Origin: an uncultured Verrucomicrobiae bacterium
Lineage (GTDB): Bacteria; Verrucomicrobiota; Verrucomicrobiia; Chthoniobacterales; UBA10450
DNA: 64,000 bases
Direction: 5' to 3'
NCBI GenBank assembly: GCA_963815455.1
Contig: CAWFGO010000005.1
Span: 64,001-128,000, forward strand
The translations under genes and the position numbers were made by a program. Shown here one piece after another: positions 25,951 to 35,492 of this stretch. Every line of letters starts with the position of its first letter. Within the stretch, counting starts at the first letter, position 1. The notes under the pieces are model-generated. The model searched no databases, was not told the DNA's origin, and saw nothing but the letters and a program-made list of their open reading frames with translations.

Positions 25951-28700
25951 TCGAGAAAGACGCCGAGATCGCGATTTCGCAATCGTTGGACCAACTAGAA
26001 TGGATTCCGCGGCCGAAGCTTCTCGCTTTGCGCCGGCTTGGCATCGAGAGGGTGGAAGATCTACTCACGCATTATCCGCGACGTCACGAAGATCGACATC
26101 AGTTTCCCCATTTTCCGCGCGAGGAGAGCGACACGCCGATTTGTCTCTGCGGTGAAGTGGTCAAAACATCGGTGCGCCGATTTGGCGGCTGGAAAAAAAT
26201 CTTCGAGGCCACACTGGAGGAATCGGGCTCAAACGCGCTGAGCGAGCCGCTGGTTTGCCGGTGGTTCAATTTGCATTATGTGCAAAAAATGATCGCGACG
26301 GGCCAGCAACTCGTCGTGTTCGGGAAGCCGCGCCTGCGGGGAAAACGGATTTGCATGGAGCACCCTGAGTTCGAAGTGATTGAGAACGACGAGGAGATGT
26401 CGATCCATTTTCGGCGAATTACGCCGATTTATCCTGCCACCGAGGGTCTTTCCCAACGCGTGTTGCGCAGCCTGATCCATCGTTTGTTAGACGAGCTTGC
26501 CGACGAACCGTTGGAAACATTGTTGCCGAAGGAACTGGCCGGCGCCGACCGGCGCGCCGCGCTTGGCGCGATTCATTTTCCGGAGAACTGGGAAGCGCAT
26601 CACGCGGCGCGACAGCATCTCGTGCTCTCGGAATTTTTCGCGATGCAAATGTTGATCGCCTCCCGGCGTTCGGAAGCATCAATTCGGGCCGGCGAATCGC
26701 ATTGCGGCACCGGAGCGTTGCTCGAAAAATTTGTGGGTGCGCTCCCATTCGATTTGACCAGCGCGCAGTCGAAAGTGATCGCTGAAATCCGGCGCGATCT
26801 CGCCTCGAGCCATCCGATGAATCGGTTACTGCAGGGCGACGTCGGTTCCGGAAAAACCGTGGTGGCGATCGCGGCGATGCTCCTGGCAATCGAAGCCGGA
26901 TATCAGGCGGCGTTCATGGCGCCGACGCAAATTCTGGCGGAACAACATTACGCCGTGCTCCGCCGCTGGCTTGAACCGCTGGGCATTCGATTGTCGATCC
27001 GCACGGCAGCGCGACAGGAAGACAACGCGCCGCTGCCGTTGTTCGCGCAGGCGCAGAATTTAACGCACGGAAGGATTCTGGGGAGCACAGGCTGCCAGCC
27101 TGTTGCGTCCGGCAGCTTGCCGGACTCTTCTGCGCCCGAGGAAAAAATAGGGAAAATCCTGTCCGGCATGGCCGAACCTATTTACCACCGGCGCAGCCTC
27201 CCTCATTTCGAGCGGCCCTGGGCCAAATACGCAATTACCTTCGCAACACGAAATCGTTGGCGACTGTCGCCAAAAGCGCGTGATGTCGTGCTGGAATCCA
27301 TCATCAACTGGAAGGATAAGCGTTACGAACTCTACGCTGCGTGCGTAATGCCGGATCACGTGCATATGCTGATCGAACCGATGGTCGAGCGGCAGGGCGC
27401 GTCTGGTGACTCGGTCTTTTTTTCCATTTCAAAAATTCTGCACACGATCAAATCGTTTACTGCCAAACAAATCAACAGGACAGAAAGCAGAAGCGGATCG
27501 GTTTGGGAGATAGAATCGTTCGACAGAATGATTCGATCGGAGAGTGATTTGCGGGAAAAATTTCTATATATTACGGGTAACCCTTGGGACGTGGGGGTCG
27601 CCAAACAGGGCGAAGATTACCGATGGGTCTGGTACCCTGGGAGCCGCGACGCCATTCAATTCGCGGCAGGCTGCCGCGAACCACAGGCTGGCAGCCTGTG
27701 CTCCCCGGAGGCGAAGCTCGCTCCCGAGGAGCCTCAAATCATCGTGGGAACGCACGCGCTGCTTTACGACAATGTTTCCTTTTCGAATCTTGGATTGGTG
27801 GTCATTGATGAGCAGCACAAGTTTGGCGTTGCCCAACGCGCTCGCTTAACGGATCGCGAACCGGCGCCGGATGTGCTCGTCATGACAGCGACGCCAATTC
27901 CGCGGACGTTGACCATGACGGTTTACGGCGATCTCGATGTTTCAATCATTGATGAGATGCCGCGCAATCGGGGGAAGATAATCACCGCGGCCCGCGACGA
28001 ATCGAAGCTTGGCGAGGTCCTGGTATTTTTGCGCGGGCAGTTGGAAGCCGGGCGTCAAGCGTACGTGATTTATCCGTTGATCGACGAAAGCGACAAGCTC
28101 GATGCCAAGGCGGCGGCGGCGGAATATGAATTGTGGCTGGAACGTTTGCGCCCATATCAATGCGAGCTGCTGCACGGCCGCATCCCTGCTCCGGAAAAAC
28201 AGGAAATCATGGAACGGTTTCGCCAAGGCCAGACCAGCGTTTTGATCAGCACGACCGTGATCGAGGTCGGGGTCGATGTTCCAAATGCTGCGGTGATGCT
28301 GGTTGAAAACGCGGAACGCTTCGGCTTGGCCCAGCTGCATCAACTCCGTGGGCGGATCGGGCGCGGCGAGCATAAGTCGTATTGCATTTTGTTAACGTCG
28401 GACGACTCGAAGGAGACGGCGGCGAAGCTCGCCGTTCTGGAAAAAACAATCAACGGTTTCGACGTGGCCGAAGCCGATTGGGATTTGCGTGGGCCGGGCG
28501 ATCTGTTAGGCACGGCGCAAAGCGGTCTCCCCGGCCTCAAGATTGGTAATTTAAAGTCGGACGCGCAATTGATGCGCCGCGCGCGAGCAGCGGCGATGTC
28601 GATCTTCCGGGCCGATCCGGGTTTGGAGCTGCCGGAGAATCAACATTTTCGCCGTTTGATTGTCGAAACACAGGGACGAACCTTCTCAAACGTCAGTTGA
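25947..28700 (+). CDS. recG: ATP-dependent DNA helicase RecG carrying an in-frame RAYT transposase insert
   Basis: Wedge domain, LQGDVGSGKT, APTQILAEQH, [insert], VGTHAL, DEQHKFG, MTATPIPRT, QLHQLRGRIGR, LRGPGD. Confidence 0.95.
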   Translation: MIEKDAEIAISQSLDQLEWIPRPKLLALRRLGIERVEDLLTHYPRRHEDRHQFPHFPREESDTPICLCGEVVKTSVRRFGGWKKIFEATLEESGSNALSEPLVCRWFNLHYVQKMIATGQQLVVFGKPRLRGKRICMEHPEFEVIENDEEMSIHFRRITPIYPATEGLSQRVLRSLIHRLLDELADEPLETLLPKELAGADRRAALGAIHFPENWEAHHAARQHLVLSEFFAMQMLIASRRSEASIRAGESHCGTGALLEKFVGALPFDLTSAQSKVIAEIRRDLASSHPMNRLLQGDVGSGKTVVAIAAMLLAIEAGYQAAFMAPTQILAEQHYAVLRRWLEPLGIRLSIRTAARQEDNAPLPLFAQAQNLTHGRILGSTGCQPVASGSLPDSSAPEEKIGKILSGMAEPIYHRRSLPHFERPWAKYAITFATRNRWRLSPKARDVVLESIINWKDKRYELYAACVMPDHVHMLIEPMVERQGASGDSVFFSISKILHTIKSFTAKQINRTESRSGSVWEIESFDRMIRSESDLREKFLYITGNPWDVGVAKQGEDYRWVWYPGSRDAIQFAAGCREPQAGSLCSPEAKLAPEEPQIIVGTHALLYDNVSFSNLGLVVIDEQHKFGVAQRARLTDREPAPDVLVMTATPIPRTLTMTVYGDLDVSIIDEMPRNRGKIITAARDESKLGEVLVFLRGQLEAGRQAYVIYPLIDESDKLDAKAAAAEYELWLERLRPYQCELLHGRIPAPEKQEIMERFRQGQTSVLISTTVIEVGVDVPNAAVMLVENAERFGLAQLHQLRGRIGRGEHKSYCILLTSDDSKETAAKLAVLEKTINGFDVAEADWDLRGPGDLLGTAQSGLPGLKIGNLKSDAQLMRRARAAAMSIFRADPGLELPENQHFRRLIVETQGRTFSNVS
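27080..27706 (+). mobile_element. REP-flanked RAYT (HUH/Y1, IS200/IS605-related) element inserted in frame in recG
   Basis: Perfect 24-bp terminal IR GGGGAGCACAGGCTGCCAGCCTGT / ACAGGCTGGCAGCCTGTGCTCCCC plus inner hairpins; domain from ATG 27168 with RRSLPH, YAITF, VMPDHVH, IKSFTA, W..ESFDRMIR, YITGNP; no stop codon. Confidence 0.92.
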
Positions 28701-30232
28701 TGAAAAATCTCGCCAAATTCTTACTATTGGTGCTGCTGGTTAGCGCAGCAATCTCGTTTCTCTATGATTACCGGCTCAAGCATGGGAATCTGAAGCCGCT
28801 CCCAAGCCGAACACCGGAAAAATATACGCTCGCAAACGAGCCTAACATCAAATCGCAGCAGGTCGCCTCTCTGGAAGCGCTGAACAGAGAGCGGCGGGCA
28901 CTGGTAAACAGCGTGATCCCGTCCGTCGTTGCGGTGAAGACCTCGAAGAAAATCGAGATCCGCCGGCAATATGGGCTCGATCCATTTCAATTTTTCTTTC
29001 GCAATCCGAGCCAGTTCCGCAGTCCGCGGGATCAGGCGCTGGTACAAAACTCTCTTGGCTCTGGAGTCATCGTGACAAACGAGGGACACATCATCACCAA
29101 CAACCACGTTGTCGATCAAGTGGACGATATCGAAGTGCAGTTAAGCGATGGACGCACCACCAAAGCGCGGGTTGTCGGCGCGGATGCGCAGCTCGATCTG
29201 GCTGTCCTTAAGATCGACGAACCGGGGGTCAAGCCGCTCAAGCTGGCCGATTCCGATGCGGTACAGGTAGGCGATTTTGTTTTGGCGATCGGAAATCCTT
29301 TTGGGTTCGAAGAAACAGTGACGGACGGAATCATTAGCTCGAAGGGACGCCCGAATCGCAGCGACGCGTTTAGCGATTTGCTGCAAACGGATGCAGCCAT
29401 CAATCCGGGCAACAGCGGGGGCCCGTTGATCAACCTTAGCGGTGAAGTCGTTGGGATTAACACCGCGATCATTTCACGCAGTGGCAGTTCTTCCGGAATT
29501 GGCTTCGCTATTCCGTCCAACACGGTGCGCAACGCACTCGAGAGCCTGCTGAAGCAAGGCCGGATCATACGCGGTTATCTCGGGATTCAGACGCGAGCGT
29601 TGCAGCCGCCAGGTCAACGAGCGCCGGAAACCGAAGGCGTTACGGTAGATGACGTCATCGCAGGATCGCCTGCGGCCGAGGCCCGCTTGCAAAAGGGAGA
29701 CGTGATTCGCAAGTTCGCTGGGCATGATGTGAAAAATTTTCCGGCGCTGCGCAGTCTCGTCGCTCAGGCTGAGCTGAACAAAAAAGTCGAGCTGGAAATT
29801 GTTCGCGATGGGAAACCGATGAAGGTCACGACGGAAATCAGGGAGCAACCGATGGACTTTCAAACCGCGCAGTCGCCGCAAGGAAACCAGCCCCAGCCGC
29901 AAGTGCCGGCCGAACCGGACGCGGGCGATCAGGGCGAACCCGACGCGGGCAACCCGCTCGGAGCAATTCACGTTGAGGCCCTAACGTCTGAGATGATGCG
30001 CCAGCTCGATCTGCCAAATAATGCGCATGGCGTGGTTATTACGAATGTCGATCCTAACGGCGGAGCCGCGGAGCTGCAGAAAGGCGATGTCATTGAAGAA
30101 ATTAATCAGCAACCGATCGGATCGCTCTCAGATTACGACAGGATCGCCGGGGCGCTGGATCCGACTAAACCACATGTCTTGTCGGTGTGTCGGCACCGGA
30201 CGCGTTCGTTCGTTGTGCTGCGGCCGCGATGA
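28700..30232 (+). CDS. DegP/HtrA (Do) serine protease with two PDZ domains
   Basis: LGSGVI, TNNHVV, DLAVLK, TDAAINPGNSGGPL, PDZ domains. Confidence 0.93.
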   Translation: MKNLAKFLLLVLLVSAAISFLYDYRLKHGNLKPLPSRTPEKYTLANEPNIKSQQVASLEALNRERRALVNSVIPSVVAVKTSKKIEIRRQYGLDPFQFFFRNPSQFRSPRDQALVQNSLGSGVIVTNEGHIITNNHVVDQVDDIEVQLSDGRTTKARVVGADAQLDLAVLKIDEPGVKPLKLADSDAVQVGDFVLAIGNPFGFEETVTDGIISSKGRPNRSDAFSDLLQTDAAINPGNSGGPLINLSGEVVGINTAIISRSGSSSGIGFAIPSNTVRNALESLLKQGRIIRGYLGIQTRALQPPGQRAPETEGVTVDDVIAGSPAAEARLQKGDVIRKFAGHDVKNFPALRSLVAQAELNKKVELEIVRDGKPMKVTTEIREQPMDFQTAQSPQGNQPQPQVPAEPDAGDQGEPDAGNPLGAIHVEALTSEMMRQLDLPNNAHGVVITNVDPNGGAAELQKGDVIEEINQQPIGSLSDYDRIAGALDPTKPHVLSVCRHRTRSFVVLRPR

Positions 30233-30357
30233 GGCGTGCTAGATCGTCCGGCGGGGCAGGCAATTTCGTCTCATTCTGCACGCGTTCGCTCCGCGACTTA
30301 CGATTCCTAAATTGAATAAAGGCCTGGGCGCGTGAGTCCAACGCCTGAAAACCGATT

Positions 30358-31956
30358 ATGATTATGAAGAAAATATTTTTTGCATTAACCATGCTCGCTT
30401 TGGTTTTGCCCGCCATCCCGCGGGCCAACGGAGCCGAGCTCACCGTGAATCTTTTCTACGATAATCTTTCCGGTGGAAACTGGATTGATGCGGATGAGTA
30501 CGGCTATGGCTGGCAACCAGACGTAGCGGCGAACGATTCGGATTGGCGGCCTTATGCCGACGGTTACTGGGCATATACCGATTATGGATGGACGTGGATA
30601 TCGTACGAGGACTTTGGCTGGGCCACGTATCACTACGGCCGGTGGGCCCGCCTGGCCGACTACGGGTGGGTCTGGTTTCCGGGCTCTGATTTGGAATGGG
30701 GGCCAGCCTGGGTTTCCTGGCGCTTCGGCGGCAATTACTGTGGTTGGGCACCGCTGCCGCCGCGCGGACCCGGGATCGTCTATGACGGACGGCCAATTGG
30801 AGGACACGTGGATATCGAATTCGATATCGGACCGGCCTATTACAACTTTGTCGATATTCGGTATGTCGGCGAACCAGTCCTGCGCAGCCACATTTACGCG
30901 CCGAGCTATAACGTGACGTACGTAAACCAAACGGTAAATGTCACCAACATTACCGTTAAGAATAAGATCGTTTACAATTACGGACCGAGTTACGAGGTGT
31001 TGTCCAAGCATTCGGCCCGGCCCATTCAGCGACTGAAAATCGAGCGTGAGACGAATGTCGATTTTTCAACTGCGGCAAAATCCGGGAGGCTGACCAAGGT
31101 ACAGGGAGACAAGCTCATGCTCGGTGCTCCGCAAAATATCGAGAGGTCGTCCAAAACAATTGCGCCGCCGAAAGTGAAAACCAAACTGGCCAGGGACAAG
31201 GTCAAGCTTGAACACGGCTGGTCCGTTGCCGGCGACGAAAAGGCGCAGACGGAACTGAAACAGAAAATCAAGACACAGGACTTGAAGAAAATCCCGCCGC
31301 CGACTGAGGGAACGTCTGGCCAGGCCGAGAATGGTGCATCGCCGGGTGAGACCAGCGCTGCGTCGCAAGCCGAAAAAGACAAGCACCGCCGGCCGGGCGA
31401 ATCAGCCGATCAAACCGCATCTCCAGCCCGTGAAAGTTCGCCAGAAGAAACTTCGATGACTTCGGGCCGGGGCAAACAGAAGGACAAAAAGGAGGAGGTT
31501 GTCGGCGGACCGCCCACCGTACCCGAGCCGATGAATCCGCCAGGTGGCACGAAACGCAACGTCGGGAAAGAATTGTCGAAGGGCAAAGGCAAGGACAAGA
31601 ATCTGGAACCTGGAGTTCCGGTTCCGCCGGATGAAATGAATCCTGCGACGGGCCGACTGGGCGGTAAACGTAAAATGATGCCTCCGGAGCCGGCGGCCGG
31701 CGAGACTGCCGCCAGTGAGATCGAACAGGGCGCCGGGCAAGGAAAGATGAAAAAGAAAATGGGCGTGCCACCGACGGCGCCCGAGCCCATTAACCCGCCG
31801 GGTTCGGCTCAAGGCAACTCCAGGAAACGCGGGCCGGGGATGAACCCCCCGGGGGGACCAGTCAGCGCCGACGTTCCTGGCGGTGAGCAACGCGGTGGGG
31901 GCAAGCACGAGGGAAAGAAAAAAGGCGCGCACGAATCGCCAACGCCTGGCCCGTAG
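30358..31956 (+). CDS. Secreted DUF6600-like protein with long low-complexity C-terminal tail
   Basis: Signal peptide; WRPY..GYW..TDYGWTW, WATYHYGRW, WGPAWVSW, GWAPLPP; K/P/G-rich tail. Confidence 0.8.
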   Translation: MIMKKIFFALTMLALVLPAIPRANGAELTVNLFYDNLSGGNWIDADEYGYGWQPDVAANDSDWRPYADGYWAYTDYGWTWISYEDFGWATYHYGRWARLADYGWVWFPGSDLEWGPAWVSWRFGGNYCGWAPLPPRGPGIVYDGRPIGGHVDIEFDIGPAYYNFVDIRYVGEPVLRSHIYAPSYNVTYVNQTVNVTNITVKNKIVYNYGPSYEVLSKHSARPIQRLKIERETNVDFSTAAKSGRLTKVQGDKLMLGAPQNIERSSKTIAPPKVKTKLARDKVKLEHGWSVAGDEKAQTELKQKIKTQDLKKIPPPTEGTSGQAENGASPGETSAASQAEKDKHRRPGESADQTASPARESSPEETSMTSGRGKQKDKKEEVVGGPPTVPEPMNPPGGTKRNVGKELSKGKGKDKNLEPGVPVPPDEMNPATGRLGGKRKMMPPEPAAGETAASEIEQGAGQGKMKKKMGVPPTAPEPINPPGSAQGNSRKRGPGMNPPGGPVSADVPGGEQRGGGKHEGKKKGAHESPTPGP

Positions 31957-31971
31957 TGGCCAGCAAGTAGA

Positions 31972-32044
31972 TGTAGCCGGGATCGGTGATCCCGGTGCAT
32001 TGGCCGCGTTCTTTCCCAAGCCGCGGTCAGCGCCCGCGGCTACA
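31972..32044. repeat. GTAG-type REP doublet cognate to the 37.2-kb RAYT
   Basis: TGTAGCCGGGATCGGTGATCCCGG (identical to the reverse complement of 37683-37706) ... GCCGCGGTCAGCGCCCGCGGCTACA. Confidence 0.88.
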
Positions 32045-33031
32045 GCAATTCAGCGATCTGGACCGCGTTCAACGCCGCGCCCTTGAGCAATTGGTCGCCC
32101 GATACCCAAAACGACAGTCCGTTTTCAAGCGCGCAATCCAGGCGGACGCGGCCAACCTGGCAATTGTCTTTCCCCGCCACACTCAAAGGCATGGGGTAAC
32201 GATTATTCTGCGGTTCATCGACCAACTCCAGCCCCGGCGCCTTGGCCAGGACTTCGCGCGCCTGTTCCACCGACACCTTTTTCTCAAACTCTGCGTTCAC
32301 GGCCACCGAATGCGCGCGATAAACCGGCACCCGAACGCAGGTAACTGAAGCGCGGAACTCGGGCAAATGCATAATTTTGCGTCCTTCGTTTTGCATTTTC
32401 ATTTCTTCCTTGGTGTAGCCGCTCTCGAGAAAAGAATCTACGTGCGGCAGCAGATTGAACGCGATCGGGTGCGGATAGACTTTTGTTTGTCGATCTTCTT
32501 CACCGTTTGCTACCTGCCGTTTCAATTCCTCAATTGCCCGCTGGCCGCTTCCTGAGACTGCTTGATAACTTGCCGCGAAAATACGGCGAACACCAAATAC
32601 CCGGTGCAATGGATAAAGCGCCATCAGCGCGACGGCTGTCGTGCAATTCGGGTTGGCAATAATGCCGCGGTGGCTCCGCGCATCCTCGGCATTGATTTCC
32701 GGAATCACCAGCGGCACCTGCGGCTCCATCCGAAAAACGGACGAATTGTCGATCGTAATCGCGTCGGCCTGGCAGGCGATCGGAACAAATTTCCGCGAGA
32801 TTTCTCCGCCGGCGCTAAAAAAAGCGATGTCGATCTTGTCGAACGAGTGTTCGCCAAGTTCTGTCAACGGGAATGGATTCATCGCGAAATCGAACCGATT
32901 TTCCCGACGAGCGGGCGGACGCCAGAGGTCGCAAGACTTGCTACTGGAAAACCGCGCCGCTCCAGAACACTCAACAGTTCCTGGCCAACCGCACCAGTCG
33001 CGCCTACGATGGCGATATGATAACCTTTCAT
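32040..33031 (-). CDS. asd: Aspartate-semialdehyde dehydrogenase with two +1 frameshifts (probably sequencing errors)
   Basis: MKGYHIAIVGATGAVGQE from 33031; ANPNCTT, SYQAVSGSG, TCVRVPV, DQLLKGAALNAVQI; extra bases near 32933 and 32866. Confidence 0.9.
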
Positions 33032-33063
33032 CCGCAGCCGGACTTTATCGCCTGCCTGATCTG

Positions 33064-33522
33064 ATGCAAACCTCGATGACCATTCACGTTTCGATTCGTA
33101 ATCAGCGGCTCACCCTGAAAGAGGGCGAGAAAACAATCCGCACTTATCCCGTCTCCACTTCCCGATTCGGAATCGGCACGGAGGAGGGAAGCAATAAAAC
33201 GCCAACCGGACGTTTTCGCGTCGTGGAAAAAATCGGCGGCGACATGCCGAGTGGAACAATTTTTCGAAGTCGCATTCCGCTCGGCCCCGACGATCCTCCG
33301 CCGCCGACGGAGGATTTGGTGTTATCGCGCATTCTCTGGCTCGACGGACTGGACGATCACAACGCGAACACTCGCGGCCGTTTTATTTACATCCACGGCA
33401 CGAAACACGAGCACAAGATCGGAACCGCTGACAGTCACGGCTGCGTCCGAATGCGCAACGCGGACGTGATCGAACTGTTCGATCTCGTGGATGAAGAGAC
33501 GCCAGTCGTGATCGAGGAATGA
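33064..33522 (+). CDS. L,D-transpeptidase (YkuD) family protein
   Basis: YPVSTS, TPTGRF, IYIHGT, SHGCVRMRN. Confidence 0.9.
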   Translation: MQTSMTIHVSIRNQRLTLKEGEKTIRTYPVSTSRFGIGTEEGSNKTPTGRFRVVEKIGGDMPSGTIFRSRIPLGPDDPPPPTEDLVLSRILWLDGLDDHNANTRGRFIYIHGTKHEHKIGTADSHGCVRMRNADVIELFDLVDEETPVVIEE

Positions 33523-33669
33523 AGTTCACTTTCATCGTTTGGATATAGACTGGGATTCGGCTGTCGGAATCCCGGTGGATAATCCAAAAAGATCGAGAAA
33601 ATCGTTGCTTCCATGGGGTTCCCTGCCTAAACAGGCGGAGCAACTTGCGGTGAAAGGAGGCGATATAAA

Positions 33670-33801
33670 TTGAGATTTTTAAAAGCGATCATGATCGTGG
33701 CTGTTTTGGCCAGTGCGTTGACCTTGGGGGCGTGTGCCCACAAACAAGAATCAAGCACCACCAGCACAACGGCGGCGAGTTCCACCGGTTACTCGAAGTA
33801 A
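33670..33801 (+). CDS. Small 43-aa lipoprotein (below the ORF-track cutoff)
   Basis: SD GAAAGGAGG at 33652-33660, TTG start, MRFLKAIMIVAVLASALTLGACAHKQESSTTSTTAASSTGYSK*, lipobox LGAC. Confidence 0.8.
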   Translation: MRFLKAIMIVAVLASALTLGACAHKQESSTTSTTAASSTGYSK

Positions 33802-33833
33802 ATCCCGTTTGTTTGGCGTGGATAACTTTAACC

Positions 33834-33867
33834 AAAAGGCCAGGTCGTATTCGGCCTGGCCTTTTTT
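33834..33867 (+). terminator. Intrinsic terminator
   Basis: AAAAGGCCAGGTCG-TATT-CGGCCTGGCC-TTTTTT. Confidence 0.85.
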
Positions 33868-33989
33868 GTTGGTGAATGTCATGTCGATGCAGTCCATGGC
33901 GCTGTGCGCCGTGTCGAGGCCACCGCGGTGGCTACGGCTGATGCATCGGCTCCCTTCCAATTTCATCCAGTTCCATTTAAACTGCGCCG

Positions 33990-35492
33990 ATGGAACTCAA
34001 CGGCCAGACATTGACTCTTGCGGAGATCGCCGCGGTCGCTCTTGGTAACGAGACTATTCGAATTTCGGCAGCAGCTCGCCCGCGCATTCTGGCTTCGCGC
34101 AAAGTGATCGAGGAAATCGTTGCCCGTAATGCCGTCGTTTACGGAGTGAACACCGGTTTCGGCAAACTGGCCGATGTTCGGATTCCCCAGGGAGACTTGC
34201 GCGAACTCCAACTCAATCTGGTTCGCAGCCACGCCTGTGGCATAGGCAATCCGCTTTCCGAGCCCGAGGTGCGCGCCATGATGCTGCTCCGGGCCAACGT
34301 GCTCGCTCTCGGTTACAGCGGAATCAGGATCGACATCGTCGAGATGCTTTGCGAAATGCTCAACCGCCGCGTGCAGCCGGTCGTTCCCGAGAAAGGATCG
34401 GTCGGCGCCAGTGGCGATCTCGCGCCACTTGCCCATCTCGCTTTGAGCTTGATCGGTGAAGGCGAATCGTTTTTCGAAGGGCAACGAATGCCGGGCGCCG
34501 ACGCACTGAAGCGCGCGAAATTGAAACCGGTCCAGCTCGAAGCCAAGGAAGGCCTTGCGCTCCTCAACGGCACTCAGGCCATGCACGCGGTCGGTGGATT
34601 GTCGATCTTGCGAGCAAAACGGTTGTCGCGCGTCGCCGATATTTCCGGCGCGATGACTCTCGAAGCGCTTAAGGGCACTCCCGCAGCGTTCGATCCTCGG
34701 CTCCATGAAGCCCGGCCGCATCCCGGCCAGAAAGCGGTCGCCCAACATCTGTTGTCGATCATGGAAGGCAGCGAGATCCGCGAATCGCACGTTGAGGACG
34801 ATCCGCGCGTTCAGGACGCTTACAGTCTGCGTTGTATGCCACAGGTCCACGGCGCCGTTCGAGGCGCGCTGGATCATTGCGAAAGCGTTCTGCTCGTCGA
34901 ATCCGCATCGGCCACCGATAACCCGCTCGTCTTTGAAAATGGCGACGTGATCTCCGGCGGAAATTTTCACGGCGCGCCGCTGGCGCTCGCATTCGATTAT
35001 GCTGCAATTGCCCTGACAGATCTAATGAGCATCGGTGAACGTCGCATTGACCGGCTCAATAATCCCGATAAGAGCGAAGGTCTGCCTGCGTTTCTCGCGC
35101 GTCGAGCCGGCCTGGAATCCGGATTCATGATCGCCCATGTGGCGGCGGCCTCATTGGTAAACGAAGCGCGGGTCCTGGCCCATCCGGCCAGCGTTGACAA
35201 CGTGACAACGTCCGGCGGAAAAGAAGACCACGTCTCGATGGGAATGACCGCGGCGTTGAAATTGCGGTCAATTGTCGATCTTGCCGAGAATTTGCTCGCC
35301 ATCGAACTGCTGGCCGGCGCGGAAGCGTTGGAACATCGACGCCCGCTCAAAGCCGGAGCCGGTGTCGAACGCGCTTTCACGGCCATCCGTAAAATCGCGC
35401 CGCCGCTGACTAAAGATCGTTCGCTCTCGGGCGACATCGCCCGTGTGGCCGAAGCGATTCGCCGGGGAGATTTCGATAGCGAAAAACTATGA
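33990..35492 (+). CDS. hutH: Histidine ammonia-lyase
   Basis: [21 protein letters not shown] (MIO motif), [15 protein letters not shown]. Confidence 0.96.
   Translation: MELNGQTLTLAEIAAVALGNETIRISAAARPRILASRKVIEEIVARNAVVYGVNTGFGKLADVRIPQGDLRELQLNLVRSHACGIGNPLSEPEVRAMMLLRANVLALGYSGIRIDIVEMLCEMLNRRVQPVVPEKGSVGASGDLAPLAHLALSLIGEGESFFEGQRMPGADALKRAKLKPVQLEAKEGLALLNGTQAMHAVGGLSILRAKRLSRVADISGAMTLEALKGTPAAFDPRLHEARPHPGQKAVAQHLLSIMEGSEIRESHVEDDPRVQDAYSLRCMPQVHGAVRGALDHCESVLLVESASATDNPLVFENGDVISGGNFHGAPLALAFDYAAIALTDLMSIGERRIDRLNNPDKSEGLPAFLARRAGLESGFMIAHVAAASLVNEARVLAHPASVDNVTTSGGKEDHVSMGMTAALKLRSIVDLAENLLAIELLAGAEALEHRRPLKAGAGVERAFTAIRKIAPPLTKDRSLSGDIARVAEAIRRGDFDSEKL

Noticed and set aside
27080..27706. 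Intein or group I intron (IStron) explanation for the recG insert
   Set aside because: No Hint-domain motifs or His-Asn/Cys junction; the insert is almost entirely RAYT coding sequence plus hairpins, leaving no room for a ribozyme core
32040..33031. Genuine asd, pntA, ABC-F or DUF1501 pseudogenes or programmed frameshifts
   Set aside because: All are isolated +1 insertions without other decay or slippery-site/hairpin signals; sequencing error is more parsimonious
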